Part shown: in pieces, positions 14,201 to 28,200 of the stretch
Layout of the letters: each line of letters begins with the position of its first letter
Position numbering within the stretch: position 1 is the first letter of the stretch
NCBI GenBank assembly: GCA_965113315.1
Contig: OZ220373.1
Length of the DNA: 64,000 nt
Strand: one strand, 5' to 3'
DNA from: Podarcis vaucheri
Taxonomy: Eukaryota
The notes under the pieces: model-generated
Database searches by the model: none
Told to the model about the DNA's origin: nothing
The model's input: the letters and a program-made list of their open reading frames with translations, nothing else
Program-made: the position numbers and the translations under genes

Positions 14201-15937
14201 AAGCCCCTCACCCAGTTAAAAGAAAACTGAGCAACGGTTCCGGATGCCAGAAATCACTATATGTTTTTGCTATTCTGACACTACCTGGCTAACTGAAAAT
14301 TTAAAGTTCAAGTAATACAAACTCATTGCCAAAACAACAACTTAGCCCAAACATTTGTGTTTTGTAAGTATTTACTAAAAGCTCTAATAAGGCTATTTAT
14401 GCTGGTACCCTGAATCAGAAATACTATTTTAGAAAGGACAATACATATTCCCCGAGACTTGGCTGATTTTGAAAAGCTTCTTTATACATACATCCCTACT
14501 ATGGCAGGACCAAATATGTAATCTAATATGGGAGGGTCCTATATGTGCACTCTTTGTGAGTAAGGCTTTAATAGCCAGTTATCTCTGCTTCAAATGGTTT
14601 CCAGAATCTCCTGACTCCACTGCGTTGGGAGGAAGACGAAAGTTGAGCGGTCAAAGGCAGTGTTTCTACCATAAAACTTTGGGGGAAATGTCTCAGGAAA
14701 CGAAACACAAATTCAGTTGCGATTCTATGCTTCAGATTCTAGTATGAGCACACAAAGGCCCTGATGATGGAGAATGACACATGTTTCAGTTCTACCCATA
14801 ACACTTGGAAAGCAAAGCTGGAAGGTCTATTACATATATATCTGGGGTCACTAGACAGAATGGGTTAACTCCCAGAGCAGTAACTGTGGGAAATGTTTAA
14901 GCATCGGAGGAAGAAGAGCAGAAATGAGGGCACTCCTTTAAACATCAAAGGACTATTACGACCTTCCACGCGTGTCATATGAATTTGAGAATGCTAATTA
15001 TAAGGAGCTGTTTTCAAGAGCCTGCAGTAAACGGAAACTACTTTTAAAATCCACTGCTCTTGAAGAATTGACAGAGCTGCCACGAAGCAAATCCTTCAAC
15101 AGTGGTTGCCTTAGCAAGTTTCTTGGGAGTGTACAGAGGTGATAATAAGATGCACAATGAAAGATGTGCAGATGAAAGATGTTTTTAAGCAGAACTTGAC
15201 AAGCTGCAATGATGAGCATCAGATTGTGCGCTACAGTTTTTCACATTTGCCTCCTTTCAGATATGCAACGCAACTCTCGGAAACCGCCAGATAAAGTTTG
15301 GGCAGCTGCTACTGACTGGTTAGAACTAGCCTCCTTTCCTGCTGGTGAAGAACAGGAAGTAGTAAGCATTACTTTAGGTCCAACTAAGAATTCACTGTTC
15401 TAGGAGCCTCAGTCATCACTTCCCAGAAAACCAAGGGAGATTTGCATGGGGGAGAACAAGCAGGATGTGTGCTTCACCGTTCTCACACAATTTTTCTCCA
15501 CTTGGTGTGGCAAATGTGAAGCAGCTGTGGGATTGCAGAGGCAAGCATCTTTTTTCCTTGCTGTACACTGAAGCAGCAATAACAGGCTTCCAGACCTGTG
15601 TTCCGCAGGAAACCGCAGACCTAAAACAAAAGATAGGAACAGAAGTGTATGCATCCCTCCCTATCTTAGCCCAAGCAGGTCCCGTGGTATTTCAAGACTA
15701 ACATTTACTGTAGAATGAGCCACAACAACGAGAACGAGACTGGAAGTCTTGTGTGGTCTCCTTTATTAGAATTCTCATAGTCTACCAATGTGTTTTACAT
15801 TTACAACCCTGAGCGTGCATACTCAGGATTTATTAATTAAGACATAACTCATCTATGTTAAATGATCTTCAGTAAACGCTCTTGTTCAGCCATAATTACT
15901 TTTGCACGATCAGACCTAAGCCCACTTAGTCCAGCAT

Positions 15938-16078
15938 TCATAGAATTGTAGAGTTGGAAGGGACCCTGAGGATCATCTAGTTCAATCCCCTGCAACGCAG
16001 GAATATGTGGTTGTCATATGGGGATTGAACCTGCAACCCTGGATATCAGCACCACACTCTAACCAACTGAGCTATCCA
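15938..16078 (-). mobile_element. tRNA-derived SINE with CR1-like tail (Squam2-like)
   Basis: Minus strand GGATAGCTCAGTTGGTTAGAG (A box)...GGTTCAATCCC (B box), then CR1 3' end. Confidence 0.75.
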
Positions 16079-16243
16079 GGCATTCTTTGTAAGGATGCCA
16101 TCACTAAGCCAAAACTGGCCAGTAGTCCAAGATTAGGTTACAAGGCACCTTCTGTCCACCAATGGACAAAAGTCTACTTCATCATATGAAGTTTCAGAAT
16201 GTCGGCAAATACAGAAATGGTTCCAGATGAGCGAGGGGGATTA

Positions 16244-16681
16244 CTGTATTTTTTGCTCTATAAGATGCACTTTTCCCCTCCTAAAAAGTAAGGGGAAGTG
16301 TGTGTGCATCTTATGGAGCGAGTGCAGGCTGCGTAGCTATCCCAGAAGCCAGAACAGCAAGAGGGATCGCTGCACTCCCTCTCGCTGTTCTAGCTTCTGG
16401 CTTAGCCGCGCTCTGTCCCTTCCTCCACCTCCCAGAAAAGCCCCCAAGAGTCGTGCTCCCTTTAAAGAGCTGCGCAGAGCATGTGTGTGGCTCTTGGGGG
16501 CTTTTCCCCGAGGAGGGAGCAGGGCAACCTGTCAGTGATACTCCACGCGGCTCGTGAAAGGGAGCGCTGAGCAGAGCCTGGGATGCATACAGGCTCTGCT
16601 CAGCGCTCTCTTTAAAGAGTTTTTTTTCCCTTGCATTCCCCCTCTAAAAACTAGGTGCGTCTTATGGAGCGAAAAATACGG
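16244..16681 (-). mobile_element. Tc2-like MITE, same subfamily as 1357-1856, inverted
   Basis: TA flanks, same TIRs, shared AGCGCTGAGCAGAGCCTG palindromic module. Confidence 0.85.
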
Positions 16682-16869
16682 TATTATTTATTAATTAAAT
16701 TTGAATACTGCCCTTCATCCAAAGATCAAAGGGCAGTTCCCAACATAAAAATAAAAAAATGAGAACGCAAAATGCATAATAAAACAAAAACCAACCAATA
16801 ACCCCCCCTCCCACAAACACATTTAAACGTTAATAGAATGTTAATCAGTCCCTAAAAGCGGATCCATTA

Positions 16870-17101
16870 CCAAAGGGGCATTAAAGCCAACTGCATTTGT
16901 ATCTCCCCTTTCCTCCAAAGAGACTCAAGGAGCAAACTATGATTTTCTCCCTCTGTGTTATCATCGCAAGGACACTGTGAAGTTATGTCAAGAGATAAGG
17001 ACTGGCCCAAGCTCACACAGTGAACTTCATGGTCAAGTGGCGGTTTGAGCCTCTGTCTCCCCAATCCTACTCCAACACTCCACCCACTACACCACACTGG
17101 T
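16870..17101 (-). mobile_element. Old tRNA-derived SINE (MIR/Squam3-like)
   Basis: Minus strand CCAGTGTGGTGTAGTGG...CTTGGGCCAGTC core. Confidence 0.6.
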
Positions 17102-19697
17102 GCTCTCTAGTGGTTCAGCACACTAAACCATTACTGGTTGTTGCTCTGCTTAACAAACACCTACTTCAAATGGGGGTACTACAAACTTAGCCTACTTAGG
17201 GATAAGAATTGTCAAATCTCTACTCCAAATGTCTCTCATATAAAGCATCAAGGAGGAGTACAACAAATTATGCATAGAAGAACAGTGAAGGGCAACAGAA
17301 CACCACGAAGTAATTAGAGAGACCCACCTTTTGTGACTATCCAGAAACCATGCTGTAAATTACTAGCCGGATAAAGAGTCAAGAGTAGCTCTGCACTCAG
17401 CCTTCACTTTCATTCATTCATTCATTCATTCAATTTGCATGCCTTACTGACCCAGTAATCCACTTCCTCATTTCTCAAACTAGTAGCCTGTGTGGTTACT
17501 AAAGGAGCTTTCCCTGGATAATGGTATATCATAAAAAGACACAAGGTATTTTTATGTACCAACATAACAATATACACCTAAAGTGATAAAGTACCTAATA
17601 TCACCTTACTAAATAAAGAGGATCCTGGCTATCAGGATTTAACACCATTTTAGTTGCTGCAACATTGAATCCACTGGTTATGTTAACCCACTTTAGCACA
17701 AATGTAGAGGTTCCAAGCTGCTCTTCAGTGGTTCTTTTTGCCGCTGTGACATAGTTTGTCCAATAGTTTAAGGCTCATTATTTGTCCATGACAGCTAACC
17801 CTCGACCAAGTTCTGACAACGCACTAAGACAAACTATGTTCAGTGCAGTGCAAGCTCCTATCCAAAAGCCCACACATTTGGTTATGGTTTGGTTTAACAT
17901 TGCAAGGCTTCATGTCCTTCCATGACTGTCAGTCTGCATGGGTGAGTCATGCCTGAGGCTCTCTGGAAAGCAGCCAGGACATCTTAGGATACCTCTTTTC
18001 CTGGACAAGGTGTGCTTTCCGGCGATCTAAGGCTATTACTTACAAGAGAAAGCAGAGAGCATCCAGTTTACCAATCTGTCACTAGAGGCCGAGACAGCTT
18101 TATTTTCTTTGTGAAACCGCACTTATACCTACACACACAAACACACACAGCATGAATCAAGTTGATTCACAAATGAGAAGGGGAAATGTCCTTCGACTCT
18201 GGTGCAAATGCACCCAAGACCCCAACAGCTTTATGAAGTTTATTCAAAGTTTATTATTTGCAGTGTTCGAAACTCCCATTGTTCTAGGCACATTTTGCAA
18301 CAGGGAATTTCATTAGCGCAAGCAGTTTCTGAGCTCTGCGTGCAGCACTGTGCCTAAGATTTCAGATTAAAGCTGCAGAGTAGAAGGAAAGAAGGACCTT
18401 TTTCTGCCTCCCCACTCCCAGTTACTCTCTGAAGACTGGAGAACAGACCCTCTTAAGAATATTGGGGGGGGGCAGGGAAAGGACTGGATCATGTGAAAAA
18501 TGAACAAAATATTTTAGCTGCAGTTCATTCATTTTCAGCTTTGTATTCTTCTTATTAAAAAGGCACGCCTAGACGTTCCATTGTTGCACTCATCACCTAG
18601 ATTTAAGGTGCTATTTAGCTCATAGCTTTCATATCTCAGTTTCTTGCACTGTTTATTGGAGCGGTCAGTGGAAAATGCCAAAGCAAAACTGTTAAGAAAT
18701 GAGGATGAGAGTTTGGAAATATTTAATGCATTTCTAAAAGCAAATTTAGACCAGACTGTAACAGAAAAAAAACATATCCAGACATAAATTAAAAGGAAAT
18801 CAAATTAAATTAAAACCGGATTGCCAAATATACAGGAATTTCAGATGAACAATGAAATAATTTTTTTTGCAGCAGGGTGTTAACGTAAAATAAAATTTCT
18901 ACATGGTTTTGTACAGCTGACATTACTCCTCAAAAGAAGATAAACTGTGAAGTCAGTAGTACATGTGGGAAATGTGGGAAACTTGCATCGCTTTTCCTTT
19001 TCCTTCACACATGGGAGTTATACAAACACTATAGCTGGAAGAAGTCTGTAGCTCAGACAAGATGATTTGATACTCTATACTACCAACCCTTTATATACTT
19101 TACTTGGGCATTTTAAAGGAGTTATAAGATGTGAACATCTGGAGTTAGTAAGAAACCTCCTAACAGCAACAAAGATAATTATACCTACTAAGTGGAGACC
19201 ATATAGTGGCATATAGCCTCAGTGGTTAAGTTAATAACCTTTGTTCATTTGAACAACTCTGGATATCAATTATTTATATTAAAATATAACGCTGATAACA
19301 AGTATCTACCTTACTGGTGTGAAATATTGTTAAGATCCAGATTAACAATCTCTCTCTCTCTATATATATATATAGTTACTATGTTTGACTGTTATATATT
19401 ATGAATTTATTATTTTCTTGGTATAGTTTGTTTTGTATATCTATAATTCATTAAAAATCAAGATTAGCTGGCTCAATTATTGTTAAAGATGGTCAATTGT
19501 AATGAACTTATGTAGTAGTTATTGCAGGTTTTTTTGTTATTGTTGAATTCTAAATAAAGTAGAGTTTTTAAAAAACAAGATTAGCTGGCTCAGCTATGAA
19601 GACAAGGTTATTTTAATTAGGCTCTATGATGGTCAGTTCAAGAAAATAGTTCAGAGTACAGTTTGGCAGAATCTCAGCTGTTGATTAAGCATCCTGT

Positions 19698-19752
<55 letters not shown>

Positions 19753-19810
19753 TTTATATCCCGCCCTCCCCAGCCGAAGCCGGGCTCAGGGCGGCTAACA
19801 ACAATAAAAC
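19698..19810 (-). repeat. (TAA)n microsatellite forming the tail of an L2-type 3' end
   Basis: (AAT)n run 19698-19752 followed by TTTATATCCCGCCCTCCCC...GGGCGGCTAACA. Confidence 0.7.
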
Positions 19811-20633
19811 AGTACAGTATTATCTGATCTTTCCCCTTTAAATTAAAATGCAGTTATTTTAAAACCTTTTTTGTGTTCTTCAAAGGCTCTGGATAGGAGT
19901 TTCCATCTAAGTTGAAAGTGAACGGGGGGTGAGAATTTGCAAGAACTCTGGAAACAGTTTTCCAATAAATAGCTTGAACCTTCAGGAGATAAATAAGCAA
20001 CTTTGTGTTTTATCTTCACTGAGCAACAGCATATGACTTGTTTGTGGCCACATTTGAAACCCTTGGTTTGTTTTCCATGTTAGACTGAAGTTCTGCAATT
20101 GGCTTGATGTGAACCATATGACTGATTGCTAATTATGTCCCATAAATCTGTCTTTTAAATTTAGAAATGGAAAACCAAGAGTAAGATTAATTAAATTTCC
20201 AACTGCAGCTACCAAATGATCCACTAGTGTCAACAGGAGGGCAAAACATGGAAGAAGGTGACACAGAGAAACTCTATAGAAGTAAGCAAATGAGCCAGCA
20301 GCTTTATTGACTTTGTGATGTTTGGGTTACTTGCTTGCAAAGGAATTAGACTAAGATCTCAAGCATAGAGCTGTCAAACATATGGTCCAAGGACTGAATC
20401 CATTTTTTTCTACACCATGGACTTTGGAGACTTTGCCAGCTCTAATTTTAAAAAAGCAAGATCACTCCCATATGTTAAATTGGGAGTCTTAAGACCACAT
20501 AAAAATGAAGGCTGGAAGAACATGCCACCCTACAGCATTATATTAGTCTTTTGAAAACAGAATTGGTGGTTATTATTGTACTTGTCTACATTTAGAACAA
20601 AAGAACTGATTAGGGATAGTCATAGGTCTAGCC

Positions 20634-20769
20634 CAGGCATAGGCAACCTCGGCCCTCCAGATGTTTTGGGACTACAATTCCCATCATCCCTGACCACTGG
20701 TCCTGTGAGCTAGGGATGAAGGGAGTTGTAGTCCCCACACATCTGGAGGGCCGAGTTTGCCTATGCCTG
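20634..20769. mobile_element. Palindromic hAT MITE (136 bp)
   Basis: CAGGCATAGGCAA...TTGCCTATGCCTG, nearly the whole element folds back; CTAG-containing flanks; truncated copy at 28478-28597. Confidence 0.85.
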
Positions 20770-22263
20770 GGCTAGTGTCTCTTCAAGGAAGCCATGTTTC
20801 TGGCTTACCACCTGTAGTGGCTAACAAACCTGTGCCCAACATAAATAATTCCATGGCATGTAATTCCATAAACTAGGATGTTTTAAAGTTAATTTCTATG
20901 TCACTCATCATGATTTTACCATACTCCAGTATCATCCACTCCACTTATTTATAAAATTTTGAAGGTTAAAATTATTATTTAAATAATTTGTCCAGTAAAT
21001 AACAGTTGTAATAAATCACATCAAAATGCAAAATATTGTGCATCCAGATTTAACAGTCTTATGAGCATCTGGGCCTACTGAAACCCCCCGCCCCCCAAAG
21101 TGCTATTTAAATCCTGAGTGGGTTGCTAGAAGAGGAATACACCTTCTGATAAACAGGCAATCCTCGTTTTGCGTGGGATATGTTCCAGACCCCCACGCAT
21201 GTTGGTAGGGCCCGAGTAAAGTGTTCCATTCTTTTAGTAACATTTTCAGGTTCAGTGCTGTGTGCACATGCGCAATCACACGTCAATTGGAAGCGCATAA
21301 ATCAATCATTGCCTGCACATTTACCCTTCAACCATGAAGAATCCTTGCCACTTGTTTCTATATTTGTAACCTTTTAACAAAAAGGGCAACAATGTTTCCA
21401 AAGAGCTTTTTATATATCCAATAACATCGTATCAATGAATTAATCTTGCCTACATTTTTAACAGCCATAAATAATTTGTAATATAAAAGAGGAAACAATT
21501 CCTTTGCAGAAACAACGGTGCCTCTTCCTCAGTAATACCTGATAAATATATAGATGAACAATTGTCTAAACAAAATTGTATACCAATTTACTCAACCTGG
21601 GCTAACACAGTTCCTTCTCTTCTACTTTCTTAACTTCCTTTTATAGTGGACTTTGCATTCTAACAATGCTAGCACCTTAGTTATACTTATGACCTTCAAC
21701 TGCTGTGAGCGTAACTTTAAAATGTGTGAAGTCATGAAGGAATCCGATCCTGGTGGATACCTGTGCTGCAAAGAATACTTTCCACTTCACCATACATGAA
21801 GCTTTCCTTTCTTATGCTGAGAGCACCAGAAGGATGTTCCAGAAATCCAAACACAGGACAAGCAGACATTCTGGAACCGAAACAGACAAACTAAGACCCA
21901 TTCATATCGTGAAAATGTAGTTTTATACCGCTGAAACAAGACCAGTGCATAAAACTTTAGGATGGCATTTACACATGGCTAGCAAACTGAAGTGTTGACC
22001 GAGGAAAGAGTCAGTTAATGTGTCTTTCTAGGAATACACATGTCGGTAGAGCAAGAAATCTAGGTAATACAATTTAACTATCCCAGCTACTTCTTAGAAA
22101 GAAAATGTAGTTAGCTTAAAATACAGGCAAAATAAGGAAAGTAAACCCATGTAAAAAGGTATTTGTACCATTAAATACCTTGCTGAAGGACTTTTTATTT
22201 AGTTTAAGACTTAAATTGCTGTTTGCTTTGGCACTGATTTGTTTCCGATCTATAGAGTTCTTA

Positions 22264-22542
<279 letters not shown>

Positions 22543-25037
22543 TTAGAACCTATGGAAAGAAGAAATCTATTAGAAGGTTTAAGGAACAACACTGCCTGAT
22601 CTTTCATCTAATCTAAACAGTTCTGACCACAGTACTTCTCTTTTAAGAATGAGCACCCACATTCCCATTTGCACCTGCTTGCTGAGGCTTAACTTCAACT
22701 GAAACCAGGAGGATATGCAAGAGCCCTATGCATGCTTTAGTCTACACAATTCTGAGGGGTCTTACTCCACAGTAAATGGGCATAGAACTGTAGCATTAAT
22801 TAGGCATAACTCATCATTCAGTTGTGCCTAGAAAATGTATGCATGATTTGCTACAATTCACCAATCCTTGTAAACAAGTTCCAAGCAACATCCTATGCAT
22901 CACTGCAAGCAACAGATTTAAGCAGAAATTCTAAAAAATTACTTTTCCTGAATTTCAGCTTATCACGTCTATTTTGCAACTAGGGGAGACAGATTTTTCC
23001 TTTGAATTGGTGTTAAAAATACTAGAATGGTATGGCAAAGGTGTCTTCTGGTCATTCCAATACATGTTGGGAAGTTCTTTTTATACATTTTAAATAAATT
23101 TTAAAACTCAAGAGTAACAGGGGGGAAAGGTTGCCCATTTCTGTGCCGAGGCCAGCTACAAGAGTGCTGAATGTGTGCATAATGCTTTGTCACAGCGCAA
23201 TGTGCTAGTCCATTATCAGAGTCTCTGTATTCATTTTACTGATTACAAAGCTCAATCAATGAGGATAAGTCTGAAAACAAGTTTCTGGTTTTCATGACTG
23301 CAGTTACATTTGATTATGTGCAATCTTTGCAAACGGTTGCAGTGTCAAGACACCACAAGCTTCTACACCTTCCTCACACATCTCTCCTGTTCAGAGTTTA
23401 TTAGTTGTTTGCCAAAAAAATTCAGGAGAAACCTCAGCTATTGGGATTTAAATAGAGCATGGAGATCTGGTTTATTCACACAAAAATAGAATGCAGAACT
23501 CAGTCCCGAGGACTAAGGTTTAATTAACTGCAGAATAGGAACTCTGCTGTATAGCACTGAGAATTATGCAATTGCTCATCCTTCTTCACCACTCCTTTGG
23601 CAAGCATGGCAATTCCCTGTTTTCCTCTTCCTCTTGAAATGGGGAGGGGGGGGAGAAAGGATTGGCCCAGGGACCTTGCATCTATGTCTCCCAAGCTCAG
23701 TGTAAGGAGAGGTACAAGATCCCGCATCTTCCACAATCAAGACCACATGTTTTTGTGAATGTCTGATTTTGTGAATGTCTGATCTGTGGCGACATCTCTT
23801 TTATTCCTGCCATTGGGGTCCAGCACGTCCACTCTATTGGATTGCAGAAAACATTTGTATCATGAAACCTCCTGTCATCACCCAAAACTACACAGGGGTA
23901 GGTGCATTCAGAGTAAAAATGATGTTTACCCTTTAGTAAAAGAAAGACCCTTTAGTAAAAGAAAGCAATGTCTTTAAATAAGAGATTTCTAATAAATTTT
24001 GTTTTATCTTTTAAAAAAGAAGGGGTGGGTGGAAGGAAATCTGTTTTTCTAACGTTGAGGAAGAAATGGACTCTTTCTACTCGGCTGCTGCAGGTGACTC
24101 TAGAAAAGCTTGAACTTGGTATTAGACAAAACAGTGCCAAATCAAGCTTGTGCCCTATTTCTCCTGCAAGTGCTCCAGTAATAGGGCGAAAAAGAAAGAC
24201 AGAAACAGAAGGCCCCAGCTTGCACTTCTCTACACAAGCACGGTGAGGAAAAATGGAAGTTGGGAGAAACCAGCAGTATGCTGAACGGAAGGGACCCCTT
24301 TGTTCAGGATTCTCAGCTAAAGCATCCACACCAGATGGCCTTCCAACCTCTACTTAAAATGCTCCAAAGGGAAGTCCACAATGTCCCAAGGAAATCCACT
24401 CCACTGTCGAACAGCTCTTACTGTCATAGTTCTTCCTGATGTTTAGTTGGAAACTCCATTCTTGTAACCAGTTCTTTTGCCAACTACATCCACTGTGCTA
24501 AGTTCTATCCAACTACTCAACTGGCGACAAACGGGGCAAAAAAGTCCAAGCAGCAAAACCAGCTCAGCTCTGACACTACTACTTAGCAAAATTAAAAGGG
24601 ACAGCTTTCCTGTCTGAAGAAATGCTCTCATGCAAAGCATCTTGAACTGACTAAACACCCTGCAGTTAAAATTCCAACATAAAATCAAAATGTTTATAAA
24701 GGCCTTAACACAGCTATAATGAACACCATATACTAGATTTACAATGCATCTGAGAACATGCAAAACGGTCGAGGCTCACTTTAAAGTGAGATGCAACTTG
24801 CTAATGCTACAAAGCACCTCATTTCTTCAAGGGAACTGCACTTTGCATTCTTTCTTTACCAAGATGAGGATCAAGTTTAACAGTACCATAACATTAGGAA
24901 ATATGTGGTTATCTTTCCAGTCAAGACTAATTTAGGGGTTCTGTTGGGGAATTAATTCTCAAAGAACCTATTTTCATTCATTCCTGTGCTGTGGAAGAAC
25001 AGGTTCCATCTATAAGTTGGATATTAATAGGAACATA

Positions 25038-25289
25038 CAGTCATACATCGGGTTGAATGTGCTTCAGGTTGAGCGCTTTCGGGCTGCGCTCCGCGGCAAC
25101 CCGGAAGTAACGCAGCACGTTACTTCTGGGTTTTGCCGCTTGCGCATGCACAGAAGCTCAAAATGATGTCACACGCATGCGCGGAAGTGGCAAAACGCGA
25201 GCAGCGCACATGCCCTCGCGTCTCACATTCTATTCAGGATGCGAACGGGGCTCCGGAACGGATCCTGTTTGCATCCTGAGGTACCGCTG
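25038..25289. mobile_element. Tigger/pogo-like MITE
   Basis: TA-CAGTCATACATCGGGTTG...CATCCTGAGGTACCGCTG-TA; related to 60901-61161. Confidence 0.75.
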
Positions 25290-28200
25290 TATATATAAAA
25301 TGGGAAAGCATTTCAGACTCTCTATGGCTTGAACTGGGATTATGGAACCTTTGTCTTATTCAAAGACTAAATCGTTCCTCCGTCATCAGTTTGGTCACAC
25401 ACAGACTTCACATATGCTGTATGCTTCTCAATGATTATACAAAGGTAAGAGTCACATCAATTACTTCACCTACTTTTCGTTTCCGGAGCAGTTTGTCACT
25501 GGCATGTGGCCCCTAGAAGCTTCCTCATAAGAAACTGTGGCCCTCTGGCTAAAAAAAGGGTCCCTCCCTCCTCCCAGCCCCAGTTTAGAAAAAAAGGCAA
25601 TTGGAGGGTGGACATCAGAGAGGTTTAATAAATTGTGCATGGTGTAGAGAAAGATACCTTTTTCACCTCTTATTAATACTTGAACACAGACTCATTCAAT
25701 GAAACTGATGGGCAGAGATTCAGGACAAACAAAAGAAAACACTGCCTCACAAAGCACTCCCATTTATGAAATTTGCAGCCACATAATGTGCTGATTGCCA
25801 CTTACTCAGATTACTTTTAAAAGGGGGTTACGATGAATTGGAGGATGTGCATCAATGGTTAAAGTCATGAGAATTATATGTGAATTCCAGGCCTTGGGTC
25901 CTTCAGATCCTGTTTATAGACTTTTCACAAGAGTGAAACAGGATGTTGGCCAAGCTGGATTCAGCATGAGTCCTATGTTCTGGACCAGTCTCCCCCAACT
26001 CAGTGCCTTCTAGTCATTTTTCACTACAAATCCCATCAACCCCAGCCACCGTGGTCACATAAATGAAGGGCAACAAGTTGCGAAAAGACTGGTTTTTAAA
26101 TTTATCCAACTACTCGGTCTGTTAAACATCTAATGAAAACTGAAGGTGCCTGTCATAAATGAACGAAAAAAGGTACCACAGCAATTACACATTTCTATTA
26201 AAAACACTCGAGGCGCTGATCAGTGTTACATATTCCAATTAACAGCCAGCAATGGAATACAAAGCAGAAATAGCAAGACCACAGATACTGCATATCCACC
26301 AATAACCCAAGAGTGCTAAAAGGTCTCTAATGCTGTCTCACATTTACAGCCATATTTTTTCATTATTTGAGCTAAGGGCACTGTGCATGGGGGTTACCCT
26401 ATTTTTCTCTCTTAAAATTTACACAACAACTGTCTGAGATACATTAGGCTGAGAGTGTGACCCAGTGTGTCGGAGTGTGAAGTCAGGTAACCCAGTGAGG
26501 TCCACGAACAAGGAGAACTGGAATAGCCCAACTCCAGCACCAAAAGTTAACCCATGAAGGTCCAATTAGAAAGTAAAATTTGGTATCTTGGGAAATAAAG
26601 GAAACACACAGAAAGGTTTGGAGAACATCTCAAATGGAACAAGAAACTTCATGCTGTAGGATGGATAACAAGAGATGAATAGAAGGAGCCCTTGACCACA
26701 TGGGCATTCTACCAGTGTAAGTCGCATTTCCTCCCTGCTGAATATAGTGCCGGCGCATTCTCTTTTAGCAGACTCAGCAGCTTAGAAATACCCTTCAGCT
26801 GCTAAGCAGAGACAAAATTATTCGATCATTCAAGCTGCCAGAACATGAGGGCTCCCAACTCTGAAGAGCAAATAGAACATTTCTTGGATTATTATAGACC
26901 AGTGTTTCCCAACCTTCTTCCTTGTGACTGAGGCCCCCTTTCGACCTTGTTTCCTTCCTGTGCCCCCCCCCTGTCCTACTGGTAGAAAGGTAGCTATTTA
27001 AATGTTTTGTTTGTAAATAGAACATTTTTTATCTATAAGTTTTATAATATATACAAAATACATTTACATAAAACGATAGGAATATAATGAAATATTGCTG
27101 AAGCAGGGGGAAAATAGAATCAGAGAGCTGGAAGGGATCCAAAGGGTCATCTTTCTAGCGCAACCCCCTGAAACGTAGAAAACTCCGCTAAAGCATCCAT
27201 GACAGATGGCCATCCAACCTCTGCTTAGAAACCTCCAAGGAAGGAGAGTTCAGAACCTCCCAAGGGAGTTCTATGTTCTATGTATTACAAAAATTAAACA
27301 CTTATTTGACCCCAGTTATTTGACACCTAATAAAATTGCCTCTCTCCACATAGGTACCAACCTGAAGGCAATCCAGAATTCACTGTGGAGGCCCTTTTGT
27401 TTGTACCACCACCAAATAAAGTCCAGGCTGCAAGACTCACAACAGGACTTCTCAGTGGTGGAACCCTGATTGTGGATTCCTCTCCTCTCACTCCTTCCCC
27501 AACCTGAGGAAGGCACTGACAGCAGTTAGTTTTTGGCACCAGGACTTTTGAACTTTGAATTCTGGAGAAGGACAGATGGAGGAATGTCAGATACAGAATT
27601 AAATTCTGAATGTTAGCAGATAATTTTTTTCAATATACCATTTTATGTAGTTTTGTATGTTGAGACCTGACCAACAATGTAAATTTTACAAATAAATAAA
27701 ATTAAAATTAACACCTGAAGGGTCACAGGTTAGCTACCTCTGGCTTATACAATAAAGCAAATATAATTTCTGATGTACTTCAAAGCTGGCCTTAAACTAT
27801 CATGCAGATCTTCAGACCACAGCAAGGGGCCTGGCCACAAAATGTAGAAAGAGAAGGGTATAAATAGAAAGTAGCATGAAAAGGGAACTGGTTTCACTAG
27901 TGCTCTCAAAGCGTTCAAACTGCCTTTGTTATAGTAGTCACAATGTACGTCAAAAAGAGAAACCATTTGTTCACTTTTACTTCTTGGTCATTTATGGGGC
28001 AGAATGACATTCTTATCAAGTATCTATAAACCAGAACAAACCAACAACTGAAGTCAACAATTTGCCTCATCAATTCACAGACTTCAAAGATTATTATTTT
28101 AACTTTTAGGCACCTCTATTTCTTGTAGTCCACCAGAGATCACAAATACCACAACTACTTTCTACTTCATGGAACAACTAATCCTATCTCATGACTTGCA

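Noticed and set aside
16020-16078. tRNA gene
   Set aside because: tRNA-like head fused to a CR1 tail with no complete acceptor stem; it is a SINE, as are the other A/B-box hits
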